Source: an uncultured bacterium
GTDB lineage: Bacteria; Chlamydiota; Chlamydiia; Chlamydiales; JABDDJ01
DNA length: 41,933 nt
Assembly (NCBI GenBank): GCA_964654295.1
Contig: CAZZJE010000001.1
Location: forward strand, 1 to 41,933
Reading direction: 5' to 3'
Shown: positions 6,978 to 14,500 of the stretch, in pieces
How positions within the stretch are numbered: the first letter of the stretch is position 1
Layout: each line of letters starts with the position of its first letter
Position numbers and translations under genes: made by a program
The notes under the pieces: model-generated
Database searches by the model: none
What the model was told of the DNA's origin: nothing
Seen by the model: the letters and a program-made list of their open reading frames with translations, nothing else

Positions 6978-8483
6978 TTAGCCGATTTCTAAGACGCGAA
7001 CTCCTAAGACATCGCCCATGCGCAACAGCTCGCCCTTGGCTAGTAATTTATCGTTAAATACAAGGGAGACTCCATCTTCGGGACGGACATCTAGCTCTAG
7101 TAGATTGCCAGGCTGCAGCGCTGTCAGCTCTTTTAATGACATCTGAAGGCGTCCAATCTCTACAGAGATAGAGAGAGGAAGTGATGAAAACTCTTGAGGT
7201 TTGGAAGAGCGCTCTTCTATTTTGACCTCTTTGGTAACGGCAGGTTCCTCTTTTGACTTAGCTGGAGTAGCTGCTGCCGCTGCTGGAGCTTCTGCGATAG
7301 CTGGATTCTCTTCAAAGCCTGGAGAGGAGGCATGGGCCTCCTCTTCATTCTCGTCAGAATCCTGGAAAACGATATTTTCTTCTTCAAAATCTTCGTCTTC
7401 TTCGAAATCCTCATCATCTTCATAGTCTTCGTCGTCGTCTTCAAAGTCATCATCGTCTTCAAAGTCTTCGTCGTCATCTTCAAAGTCAAAATCTTCATCT
7501 TCCTCTTCGAAGTCCTCATCTTCGAAATCTTCATCTTCGTCGTGTGGTTGTTTGGCCATAGGGGTTTCTACCTCATAGTGTAAAGGATATTCAAGGATTT
7601 TAAGTTGGTGCTCTTTCAGGCGTGCTCTAAAGCATGGCTGTCCGTTAACGACCAACATTAAACGGAATTTTTCGGCATCTTTTGGATCAATTGAGCATTG
7701 ATCAAACAGAAGCACGTCACCAGGATGCACTTTAGCCCACTGCTTTTGGGTTAGAAAAATTTTTCCAATTTCCAAATGAACCAGCTGTTCGGCTTTTTGC
7801 TTTAAGCTTTCGTCACTCAAACTCTCCCCGGACGAATAGCGCTGACGCCAAGCCTTTAAAAATTCAGGGGTTAAAAGAAGGCGCGGATGAAATTCTTTAC
7901 CGTTGATGAGAGTTTTAACCTCTATCTGAAGAAGATGGGATTCCTGGATCTCTTTTAACTCCCCAAGCAGTAGGGGTGTAAGAGTGGGGTCCAAGCCTCC
8001 TTTACTGGTTAAATAGAGGATTTCTTGTAGAAGAAATTGTCGAACGATCGCAGCGTAAGGCTGTGCTAAAGGAAATAGGGCCCCTTCTCTTGCCTGTAAG
8101 ACAAGAGAAACTAGCGTCTGCAGCTCCTCTTCCGAAATCAGGCAGTAGAGCCCTCCTTCTAAAGGGCTTAGTCCCACATGTAAATAGAGAGGAGTCCCGC
8201 TCGTCTGATTTTTGAGAGAGTCAGCAGTGATCCATTCAGGGACGTTAGGCGTTAAAGAGAGATTTAAAAAGGCAAATGTCGACCGGAGTGCTTGAGCAAA
8301 AGCGTTCCAATTAAAGGGTGGAGGGTATCCTAAGAGAGGGATTGCATCTAGCTCTTTTAAAGCTGGAGGCACTTCTTTTATCCAATTGTAAGGCGCAGCT
8401 GATTCACTATTCACAATTAGCTTTTCTTTTTCACAAGTTTCATTGACAAGCTCTTTGCAGAGGCAAAAGAGCGAACGACCCAA
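6978..8483 (-). CDS. sctQ: T3SS cytoplasmic sorting-platform/C-ring protein SctQ (CdsQ) with two SpoA domains separated by an acidic insert
   Basis: The C-terminal SpoA/FliN-like domain is LPLSISVEIGRLQMSLKELTALQPGNLLELDVRPEDGVSLVFNDKLLAKGELLRMGDVLGVRVLEI. An upstream SpoA-like segment is KVHPGDVLLFDQCSIDPKDAEKFRLMLVVNGQPCFRARL. The ORF-track start is TTG, so the start is uncertain. Position matches CT672. Confidence 0.85.
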   Translation of the reverse strand: MGRSLFCLCKELVNETCEKEKLIVNSESAAPYNWIKEVPPALKELDAIPLLGYPPPFNWNAFAQALRSTFAFLNLSLTPNVPEWITADSLKNQTSGTPLYLHVGLSPLEGGLYCLISEEELQTLVSLVLQAREGALFPLAQPYAAIVRQFLLQEILYLTSKGGLDPTLTPLLLGELKEIQESHLLQIEVKTLINGKEFHPRLLLTPEFLKAWRQRYSSGESLSDESLKQKAEQLVHLEIGKIFLTQKQWAKVHPGDVLLFDQCSIDPKDAEKFRLMLVVNGQPCFRARLKEHQLKILEYPLHYEVETPMAKQPHDEDEDFEDEDFEEEDEDFDFEDDDEDFEDDDDFEDDDEDYEDDEDFEEDEDFEEENIVFQDSDENEEEAHASSPGFEENPAIAEAPAAAAATPAKSKEEPAVTKEVKIEERSSKPQEFSSLPLSISVEIGRLQMSLKELTALQPGNLLELDVRPEDGVSLVFNDKLLAKGELLRMGDVLGVRVLEIG

Positions 8484-8523
8484 ACTTTCTTTTCAGCTTA
8501 CAGCAAAATCTAATTAATAGCTT

Positions 8524-9921
8524 CTATTGTTGTTGTTTTCCTCCCTGACGCCCTTGTCGATTCCTTGATTCGCCCCTTTCGTCAGAGCTCTGATCTTGGA
8601 AAGAGTCTTGTGTCTGCTGCACTCTAGGAAAATCTTCTTTTAAAGTGCCCGTTGTTGCAAAAATATTATGAAGTGTAAGTCCTTTTGTTTCGAAAGCAGC
8701 ACGCAGAGATTCTTGGTGAGCATGCATATCAACTAAATTTTTTGCTAGCTGAGACAACTGTTCAATTGTCACATTAAATTGTCCAGGGGCACTATCGGAT
8801 GTGCTTAAAATAATATGTGCACCGTGGAATAGGGAGTTAGGACTATTGATGGTAAAAGAGGTGTCAGTCTCCCCATTTACTGTAACGGTGTATAATTTGT
8901 CATTAATTTGGTCAATCAGTTCTTGAATATCTGCGGCATCGCTACTTGGCAGGGGTTGTTGGATAGAAGTATCGGATAGAGCGACAGGATCTTTTTTATC
9001 CACTACAAATGAACTTTGCGCAGCAAATTGGCGAGCGCTATCGATATCTCCTTCCCTCCCTTCATGTTTAGGCTGTGCTCCTTTGCGTCTTAGGCGACGG
9101 TCGCTCTCGATTTCTCCTGATTCAGAAGCCACGACTCGCGATTCAGGTGTTACTGCTCGATTTTCTATTGTGCGGCGTTGAGGGTGAGAGGGGATAGGCG
9201 TATCGGCAACCAGTTTTTTAATTCTTGTAGAGTCATTGGGCATCTGGTTGCTCTGAACAATCTCTTCAGCTGGCATCTCTTCCTGTTGCTGAACAGGATC
9301 AGGTAGGTTGGTCGGCTGCTTGGCACTTGTTAAGGCTTGGTCTGTCTGTCTGCCCACTTTTTTGCCGGATACTCGGCTATTTGCTGGGGTGTTGGCGGAT
9401 AGATCAAATAGCGAAAGTGAGGGCTTTTTCGATTGGAGAGGCTCCTCATGATGTCGCGTCAAGATTCCAGGAAGAGGGTTGCCAAAAAGAGTTGGGGTTT
9501 CTTCCTTTTCAACATCGACACTCTCTATAGTGGCTTCAATGATTGGAAGCTCTTCTGAGCCGCCGCTTAAAAAATCGGATTGATCAGAATCAGATTCAGA
9601 GTCCGACTTTTTTCGGTAGAAGTTGCTAAAGCGCTCTTCAATTTGTTCGCGATCGGAAATAGGGGAATCTTCCTCTAACCCAGCGTCTAGGCTATCCTCT
9701 TCGTGAATAGGCTTAGACTCTTTTTTTTCTGCGACAGATTTTTTTGGCGATTTCTCTGCAGAACGGCTCTGCGACTCCACTTCCTCTTTATTTCCATCTC
9801 GCTGTAGATATTTTTTAAAATCTTTTTTATTGTCGGGAAGGTCTTGACGAGGGCGATCTCGACGATTTGGCTTCTCGATGAGACTGTCATCTCGGTTAAA
9901 AAAATTAATAGGGGAGGTCAT
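8524..9921 (-). CDS. sctP: T3SS needle-length/substrate-switch protein SctP (CdsP-like)
   Basis: It lies between sctO and sctQ. The N-terminal two-thirds are long, charged and apparently disordered. The C-terminal globular part (INDKLYTVTVNGETDTSFTINSPNSLFHGAHIILSTSDSAPGQFNVTIEQ) fits a T3S4/FliK-C-like domain. The ATG at 9919-9921 is preceded by TAAGGAGAAGAGAG, whereas the ORF-track ATG at 9942 has no SD. Confidence 0.7.
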   Translation of the reverse strand: MTSPINFFNRDDSLIEKPNRRDRPRQDLPDNKKDFKKYLQRDGNKEEVESQSRSAEKSPKKSVAEKKESKPIHEEDSLDAGLEEDSPISDREQIEERFSNFYRKKSDSESDSDQSDFLSGGSEELPIIEATIESVDVEKEETPTLFGNPLPGILTRHHEEPLQSKKPSLSLFDLSANTPANSRVSGKKVGRQTDQALTSAKQPTNLPDPVQQQEEMPAEEIVQSNQMPNDSTRIKKLVADTPIPSHPQRRTIENRAVTPESRVVASESGEIESDRRLRRKGAQPKHEGREGDIDSARQFAAQSSFVVDKKDPVALSDTSIQQPLPSSDAADIQELIDQINDKLYTVTVNGETDTSFTINSPNSLFHGAHIILSTSDSAPGQFNVTIEQLSQLAKNLVDMHAHQESLRAAFETKGLTLHNIFATTGTLKEDFPRVQQTQDSFQDQSSDERGESRNRQGRQGGKQQQ

Positions 9922-9963
9922 CTCTCTTCTCCTTAATATCATGCTTTTAAGAAATTATCTCGG

Positions 9964-10464
9964 TTACCAACCTCTTCGACGGCGTGTCTCAAAAATGATC
10001 GATCCCATTTCGTCTTGTTCGCGTCCTTCGACAATTTCCATTTCTCGACGCATCTCCTTGATCCAGTCTTTGCGATGCGTCTCTAATTTATCCACTTCTT
10101 GACGTTTGCGCCTCAGCTCTTCTTCGGCAATGTGAACATTTTTAATCGCAATGTCGACTTGCTCTCGCTGCTGCACAACTTTTTTTTCTTCAACGGCTAA
10201 CTTCTCTTGCACGACTTTTAAGTAGACCTTCATCTGTTGCACTTTAGGGCTTGTCGTCTCTGTATCTAATTCATGCCTCAGCTGTGCCATCTTATCCTGC
10301 AGATGATGAAGCACCTTGTCGCGCGCCTCTTCGGCTTTTTTTAATTTCTCTTGCTCCCGCTCCAGTTCCAAACGCTTCTGCTTTAAAACCGCTTCTGCCT
10401 CTTGCACGCGCTTCTGCTTAACTTCAATCACCTGTGCTAGAGGATAGACAATTTTAGCACTCAT
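9964..10464 (-). CDS. sctO: T3SS stalk protein SctO (CdsO/YscO-like), coiled coil
   Basis: A 166-aa, strongly heptad-like, K/E/Q-rich protein immediately downstream of sctN (10-bp gap). Position matches CT670. Confidence 0.75.
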   Translation of the reverse strand: MSAKIVYPLAQVIEVKQKRVQEAEAVLKQKRLELEREQEKLKKAEEARDKVLHHLQDKMAQLRHELDTETTSPKVQQMKVYLKVVQEKLAVEEKKVVQQREQVDIAIKNVHIAEEELRRKRQEVDKLETHRKDWIKEMRREMEIVEGREQDEMGSIIFETRRRRGW

Positions 10465-10473
10465 TGTTTAAAC

Positions 10474-11793
10474 CTATTTAAAGATTGCTCGCAGAAGCTG
10501 CATGGTCTCTTGAAATGAGCATTTTTCATCGACCCCTTGCCTCAAAAATTTATTCACTTTGTCAATATGGTCGATTGCAAAGTCTCCCGACTTGTCGGCA
10601 CCACGCTTATATTCACCAATTTTGATGAGTAGTTCGTTTTTGCGATAGTTAGCTAACACCTCTCGAAGCTTACTGACTAGCTGTAAGTGCTCTTTTGGCA
10701 CAATGGAGTTCATCACACGGCTGGCGGAAGAGAGGATGTCAATAGCAGGGTAGTGATAGGCTTGAGCTAAAGCTGCCGAGAGAATAATGTGACCATCTAA
10801 GATCGAACGAGTCTCATCAGCAACTGGCTCGTTCATATCGTCGCCGGCAACTAAAATGGTATAGAAAGCTGTGATAGAGCCCTCTTCAGAGCGTCCAGCC
10901 CGTTCGAGCAGCTTAGGCAGAGTAGAGAAGACAGACGGAGTATAACCAGCTCTAGCAGGCGGCTCACCGGCCGCTAAGCCAACTTCACGAAGAGCCCTCG
11001 CAAAGCGAGTAACCGAGTCCATCATCAAGATAACTGACTTGCCTTGATCGCGGAAATATTCAGCGATGGCTGTTCCAACGTAAGCGGCGTTAAGGCGCAG
11101 TTGGGAAGCTTGGTCGGATGTAGACACAATTAATACAGAGCGTTTTAGCCCTTCCGGTCCCAAATCTTTCTCAATAAAATCTCTAAGCTCGCGTCCACGC
11201 TCTCCAATTAGACTAATTACGTTGACATCAGCGATAGCGTTACGTGCGATCATTCCAAGGAGTGTCGATTTACCACCGCCGGCAGCAGCAAAGATCCCAA
11301 CCCTCTGCCCAATCCCTGTAGTCAAGATGCCATCGATAGCCCTGACACCGACGGAGATCGGCTGGTCAATACGGCGGCGTTTTAAGGGGTCAGGTGGAGC
11401 TTGGATGACAGGATAGGTTTCATGTGTAATCAGAGGGCCTTTTGTCTTAGTGTCAAGCGGTCGTCCTAATCCATCCAGTACCCGTCCTAACAGCTGCGGC
11501 CCTACTCCAATGTGGAGCGGCAGGCGCGTCGGAATGACTTCAGATGAGGGTCCAATGCCGGTCATTTCTCCCAAGGGAGACAAAAAGACTTCGTCACGGG
11601 TAAAGCCAACCACTTCGGTCATCAGCGGCTCACCTTCGCGCTGCACTAAACACACCTCTCCAATCCGGACTTGAGGCACGATCGCCTTAATAAGCATCCC
11701 GACGGTTTCAGTGATCCGACCGTTCACGGTTGTTAGCTGAACGTCTTCTAACTCATCTAACAGACGATCAACATCTTGAATAATCTCTGCCAT
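10474..11793 (-). CDS. sctN: T3SS ATPase SctN (CdsN)
   Basis: Walker A is [17 protein letters not shown] and Walker B is [14 protein letters not shown]. The F1/FliI-like C-terminus includes [31 protein letters not shown] and [12 protein letters not shown]. Confidence 0.97.
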   Translation of the reverse strand: MAEIIQDVDRLLDELEDVQLTTVNGRITETVGMLIKAIVPQVRIGEVCLVQREGEPLMTEVVGFTRDEVFLSPLGEMTGIGPSSEVIPTRLPLHIGVGPQLLGRVLDGLGRPLDTKTKGPLITHETYPVIQAPPDPLKRRRIDQPISVGVRAIDGILTTGIGQRVGIFAAAGGGKSTLLGMIARNAIADVNVISLIGERGRELRDFIEKDLGPEGLKRSVLIVSTSDQASQLRLNAAYVGTAIAEYFRDQGKSVILMMDSVTRFARALREVGLAAGEPPARAGYTPSVFSTLPKLLERAGRSEEGSITAFYTILVAGDDMNEPVADETRSILDGHIILSAALAQAYHYPAIDILSSASRVMNSIVPKEHLQLVSKLREVLANYRKNELLIKIGEYKRGADKSGDFAIDHIDKVNKFLRQGVDEKCSFQETMQLLRAIFK

Positions 11794-11836
11794 CTCGCTC
11801 TTTCCTTATCTGCCAAACCTGTCCAAAACCAAACGT

Positions 11837-12517
11837 TTATACCTGAACGTTCATGATTGTTTTGGTTGATTCTAACGCTTTATTCAACAAGCTGCTAAAA
11901 AACTCCAATTCCGTTTGAATAAAACCGACTTTGATCTGCACAGCTAACATGGCTGCTGGATCGATCGATTGTCCCCGCTCGTGATAGCCTTTGACGTCTG
12001 TTGCCAAAGTTTCTAATTGCGATTGCGCATGTGTCAAAGAAGAGAGAAAGCTGTTAAAAGGGCCAGATAGGTCCTTCGCTTTGCGAGTCTCAAAGGGAAT
12101 ATATTCTAATCCAGCGCGGTCTAGGGCGATACGCAGGTTATCATCAATATGCGACAAACGGTTGCGCATTAATGTCTGTACCGACTCTTTAACCTGTAAA
12201 TCAGGTGTAGAGAGCTTCGACTTGATATTGTCAATCTGATTGATGATCTCTTCTGCCTGAGAAACAATCTGATCGGTACTTACATTTTGAATGCGTCCGA
12301 CTCGAGTATTGACCTCGCGCACCTCTTCTAATAAGGACTTTTGTGTATTTAGACGCGCCTCTTCCGTCACAACCTGTGGTTGTGGCTTAACGAGTGTGTC
12401 AAATTTTTCTTTATTAGGGGCGGCACGTTCAACTTGCAGGGTGCTGTCCACCTCTGAGAGACGCGTTTTACGGCGTACCTTTTGAACTTTGCCAATGCCT
12501 TCTAGTTCTTCAGCCAT
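11837..12517 (-). CDS. T3SS-associated protein in the CT668 position with an inner-rod (SctI)-like C-terminus
   Basis: ATG preceded by GAAAGGAG. The C-terminal 40 aa, DPAAMLAVQIKVGFIQTELEFFSSLLNKALESTKTIMNVQV, align by eye with my recollection of the YscI tail (NPNDLMLMQWSLIRITIQEELIAKTAGRMSQNVETLSK). It lies between the needle co-chaperone and sctN. Confidence 0.45.
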   Translation of the reverse strand: MAEELEGIGKVQKVRRKTRLSEVDSTLQVERAAPNKEKFDTLVKPQPQVVTEEARLNTQKSLLEEVREVNTRVGRIQNVSTDQIVSQAEEIINQIDNIKSKLSTPDLQVKESVQTLMRNRLSHIDDNLRIALDRAGLEYIPFETRKAKDLSGPFNSFLSSLTHAQSQLETLATDVKGYHERGQSIDPAAMLAVQIKVGFIQTELEFFSSLLNKALESTKTIMNVQV

Positions 12518-12597
12518 ATCGGGCTCCTTTCACTTCATCTTGATGGATTGAGCACTTTTCGCGCCAATCGGCACTCAATGTCCCTATCCACCTTCAG

Positions 12598-13077
12598 TCA
12601 CTCCTCTTCTCCCTCTTCCGGTAAGCTGGAAAAGAAGGGCGCCTTCTCTTTTTTTAAATCTTTATCCGACCATTCCAACGCAATTTCTGCTAAATTTTTG
12701 ATGGTCGGGTCATTTGTTTTATCTTTAATATCGGCAATGAGCTTTTCGCCTTTTCGACGCTTCGGTTTTGTCAGTAAGTAGCACATGCCTAAGAATACTT
12801 GAGCGAGATAGTTTGCTGGCTCCTCTTCTGTCACTTCTCTGAAAATGCGGGTTGCCTCTTTAATCTCTAGCTTATTCAAGGCAATATAGCCTAAACCAAT
12901 ACGCGGAGCGGTGCTTTTGGGGCTGATTGTCTGAGCCGCTTGAAAAATCCGCTGCGCGCTCGTCTCATCGAGTTGTTTGACTGCAATAAATCCAGCTTCA
13001 ATCAAAAGTCCAAAGTCTTCAACAAAGTCTTCTAAGATCTCTGTCTCTTTTCCTTCCTGCTGCTGCTCTTCGCTCAT
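12598..13077 (-). CDS. cdsG: TPR-like needle-subunit co-chaperone (CdsG/YscG-like)
   Basis: A small TPR-like protein (AQRIFQAAQTISPKSTAPRIGLGYIALNKLEIKEATRIFREV...YLAQVFLGMCYLL) directly downstream of sctF, as CT667 is. The ATG at 13075-13077 is preferred to the GTG at 13101. Confidence 0.6.
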   Translation of the reverse strand: MSEEQQQEGKETEILEDFVEDFGLLIEAGFIAVKQLDETSAQRIFQAAQTISPKSTAPRIGLGYIALNKLEIKEATRIFREVTEEEPANYLAQVFLGMCYLLTKPKRRKGEKLIADIKDKTNDPTIKNLAEIALEWSDKDLKKEKAPFFSSLPEEGEEE

Positions 13078-13241
13078 CGCTTTTACCTTTCGTTCTGTCA
13101 CTAAATTTCAACACCGTTACTTTAGCTCTCTCACCTAGACTATAAAAGAGGCTATCGATTGTAGCAGACCTTTTGATCTCTTTCGGAAGACCGATTGAAC
13201 AAAAGGAGTGCTTGCGATCGCATAGCCCCTCTTTTTTGCCA

Positions 13242-13271
13242 TAGCGTCCAAGGACATTTGTTCTTGGACGC
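13242..13271 (-). other. 10-bp stem hairpin just downstream of sctF
   Basis: AGCGTCCAAG (13242-13251) pairs with CTTGGACGCT (13262-13271) around a 10-nt loop. The hairpin 3' edge (13271) lies 34 nt from the sctF stop codon. No U-tract follows on the minus strand, so this is not a canonical intrinsic terminator. Confidence 0.5.
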
Positions 13272-13305
13272 TTTGAGTAGGCACTCCCTAAAGAGCGCCC
13301 CTCTA

Positions 13306-13575
13306 TTAACCTTTGACGTTACGTGCCATTGAGGCAATCGCCGAGTTCGAAGCTGAAACAACAGATGTTGACATTTCAGAAAGTTGTGACAAGTGGTTCA
13401 TCAACATTTGCATTTCAAACATGTCGCCGATACTAATGGCGCTACGTCTCTGTTGGATCTCAAGCAATTTTACTTTGGCGCTTATCGTCGCATTATGGAT
13501 GGTCGTAAAAAGGTCTTCGACCTTAAATCCTGATTGAACGTTATCGCCCGCGAACACAGTGAGATCTTGTGGCAT
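13306..13575 (-). CDS. sctF: T3SS needle filament protein SctF (CdsF), 89 aa
   Basis: The ATG at 13573-13575 is preceded by GGAGGAG. The protein is a small helix-turn-helix type with the needle-like tail LSQLSEMSTSVVSASNSAIASMARNVKG. The ORF-track TTG extension (13641) was rejected. Confidence 0.85.
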   Translation of the reverse strand: MPQDLTVFAGDNVQSGFKVEDLFTTIHNATISAKVKLLEIQQRRSAISIGDMFEMQMLMNHLSQLSEMSTSVVSASNSAIASMARNVKG

Positions 13576-13756
13576 ATCTCCTCCTACCCAAATTAAACGG
13601 GAGGGTTGATACTCGGCAGAGGTCCATACTAGAAAGTCCAATTCTCGGGCCTACACAGCCCCTTCTGGATCTCTTCAGTTTATAAATTCCCTCTTTCCTG
13701 TTGGTCTCTCTTTTTTTACTATTCTTACTTACCTCGCCCACCTTCGGGCGAGAAGT

Positions 13757-13863
13757 CCCAGTATCCAAGTGAGCTGGGAAAGGGTCTTCTCAATTTTGAT
13801 TAGACTCTAGATCAACCGAAGTTGATCTTCTCTCTCCATTTTCCCAGCTCTCTTGGATACTGG
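13757..13863. repeat. 25-bp inverted repeat (24/25 match) enclosing an 8-bp hairpin with a UUCG loop (minus-strand sense)
   Basis: The left arm CCCAGTATCCAAGTGAGCTGGGAAA (13757-13781) pairs with the right arm TTTCCCAGCTCTCTTGGATACTGGG (13839-13863). The inner palindrome is AGATCAAC-CGAA-GTTGATCT (13809-13828). An adjacent GC hairpin, CTCGCCC-ACCTTC-GGGCGAG, lies at 13734-13752. Confidence 0.85.
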
Positions 13864-14157
13864 GGAGTTTTGCAATGGTCGGCACTTCTCCTTATGATGA
13901 GCGGTTCGCTCTTTCGAAAGAGTGCTAAAAATAGGGTAAACGCGCCAACGACCTATATTAACATTTCTTTCTCTGGCTTCCACTCTATCTGGCTCTGTTC
14001 ACCTAAGCTAAATTTGGCTGGCGAGACCCTATCATTAAGAAACGGCGCTTATAAATAGATGCTCTCTATTTTTTGTCTCTTTTTGATACTTTGTACTCTC
14101 ATCCGCCTCTTTTTTAGCTATCTCTGGTTTTCAAAGCTCCTTATTGGGTGAAGTGCC

Positions 14158-14421
14158 TTAACTTTTTTTAATCGCGGCTCTAGCTAATACTTTCATCAAG
14201 GAAGTATAACCATGCAGCACACGACCATATTTATCAAAAACCTCTTGGTTTTCTCCGTGACGCAAACACTCTTTAATCTGCTGGATGCGGCGCTCTATAT
14301 GCTGAAGAAGTTCACTATACTTTGCTGTCTGTTTGACGGATTGCTCTAGGTCAAACACAAACTCCTCGCCCTTTTTTCGCTTCTTCTGGTTTTCCAGTCC
14401 AAACACGCTACACCTCGCCAC
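14158..14421 (-). CDS. cdsE: Small helical needle co-chaperone (CdsE/YscE-like)
   Basis: An 87-aa charged helical protein immediately downstream of sctD, in the CT665 position. GTG start. The call rests on size and position only. Confidence 0.5.
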   Translation of the reverse strand: MARCSVFGLENQKKRKKGEEFVFDLEQSVKQTAKYSELLQHIERRIQQIKECLRHGENQEVFDKYGRVLHGYTSLMKVLARAAIKKS

Positions 14422-14500
14422 AGTTTGAGTTATTTAGAACTCTTATCTCTTATATTTATATTTTAACAATTCTGAAACAATTGTGCAATTAATTTTGATA

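Noticed and set aside
7201-7583. Three overlapping ORFs (7201..7425 +, 7217..7534 -, 7332..7583 +) with S/K/F-rich low-complexity products.
   Set aside because: They are alternative-frame or antisense readings of the GAA/GAT/TTC-rich acidic tract of sctQ. Their periodicity is imposed by the D/E-F repeat, not by independent coding.
13541-14058. ORFs 13541..13768 (-) and 13822..14058 (+) in the cdsE-sctF spacer, plus mini-ORFs of 31 aa or fewer that I translated by hand on the minus strand.
   Set aside because: They have non-ATG or SD-less starts. One runs through the inverted-repeat arms and overlaps the sctF SD and start. Their composition is not protein-like. The region is treated as non-coding and structured.
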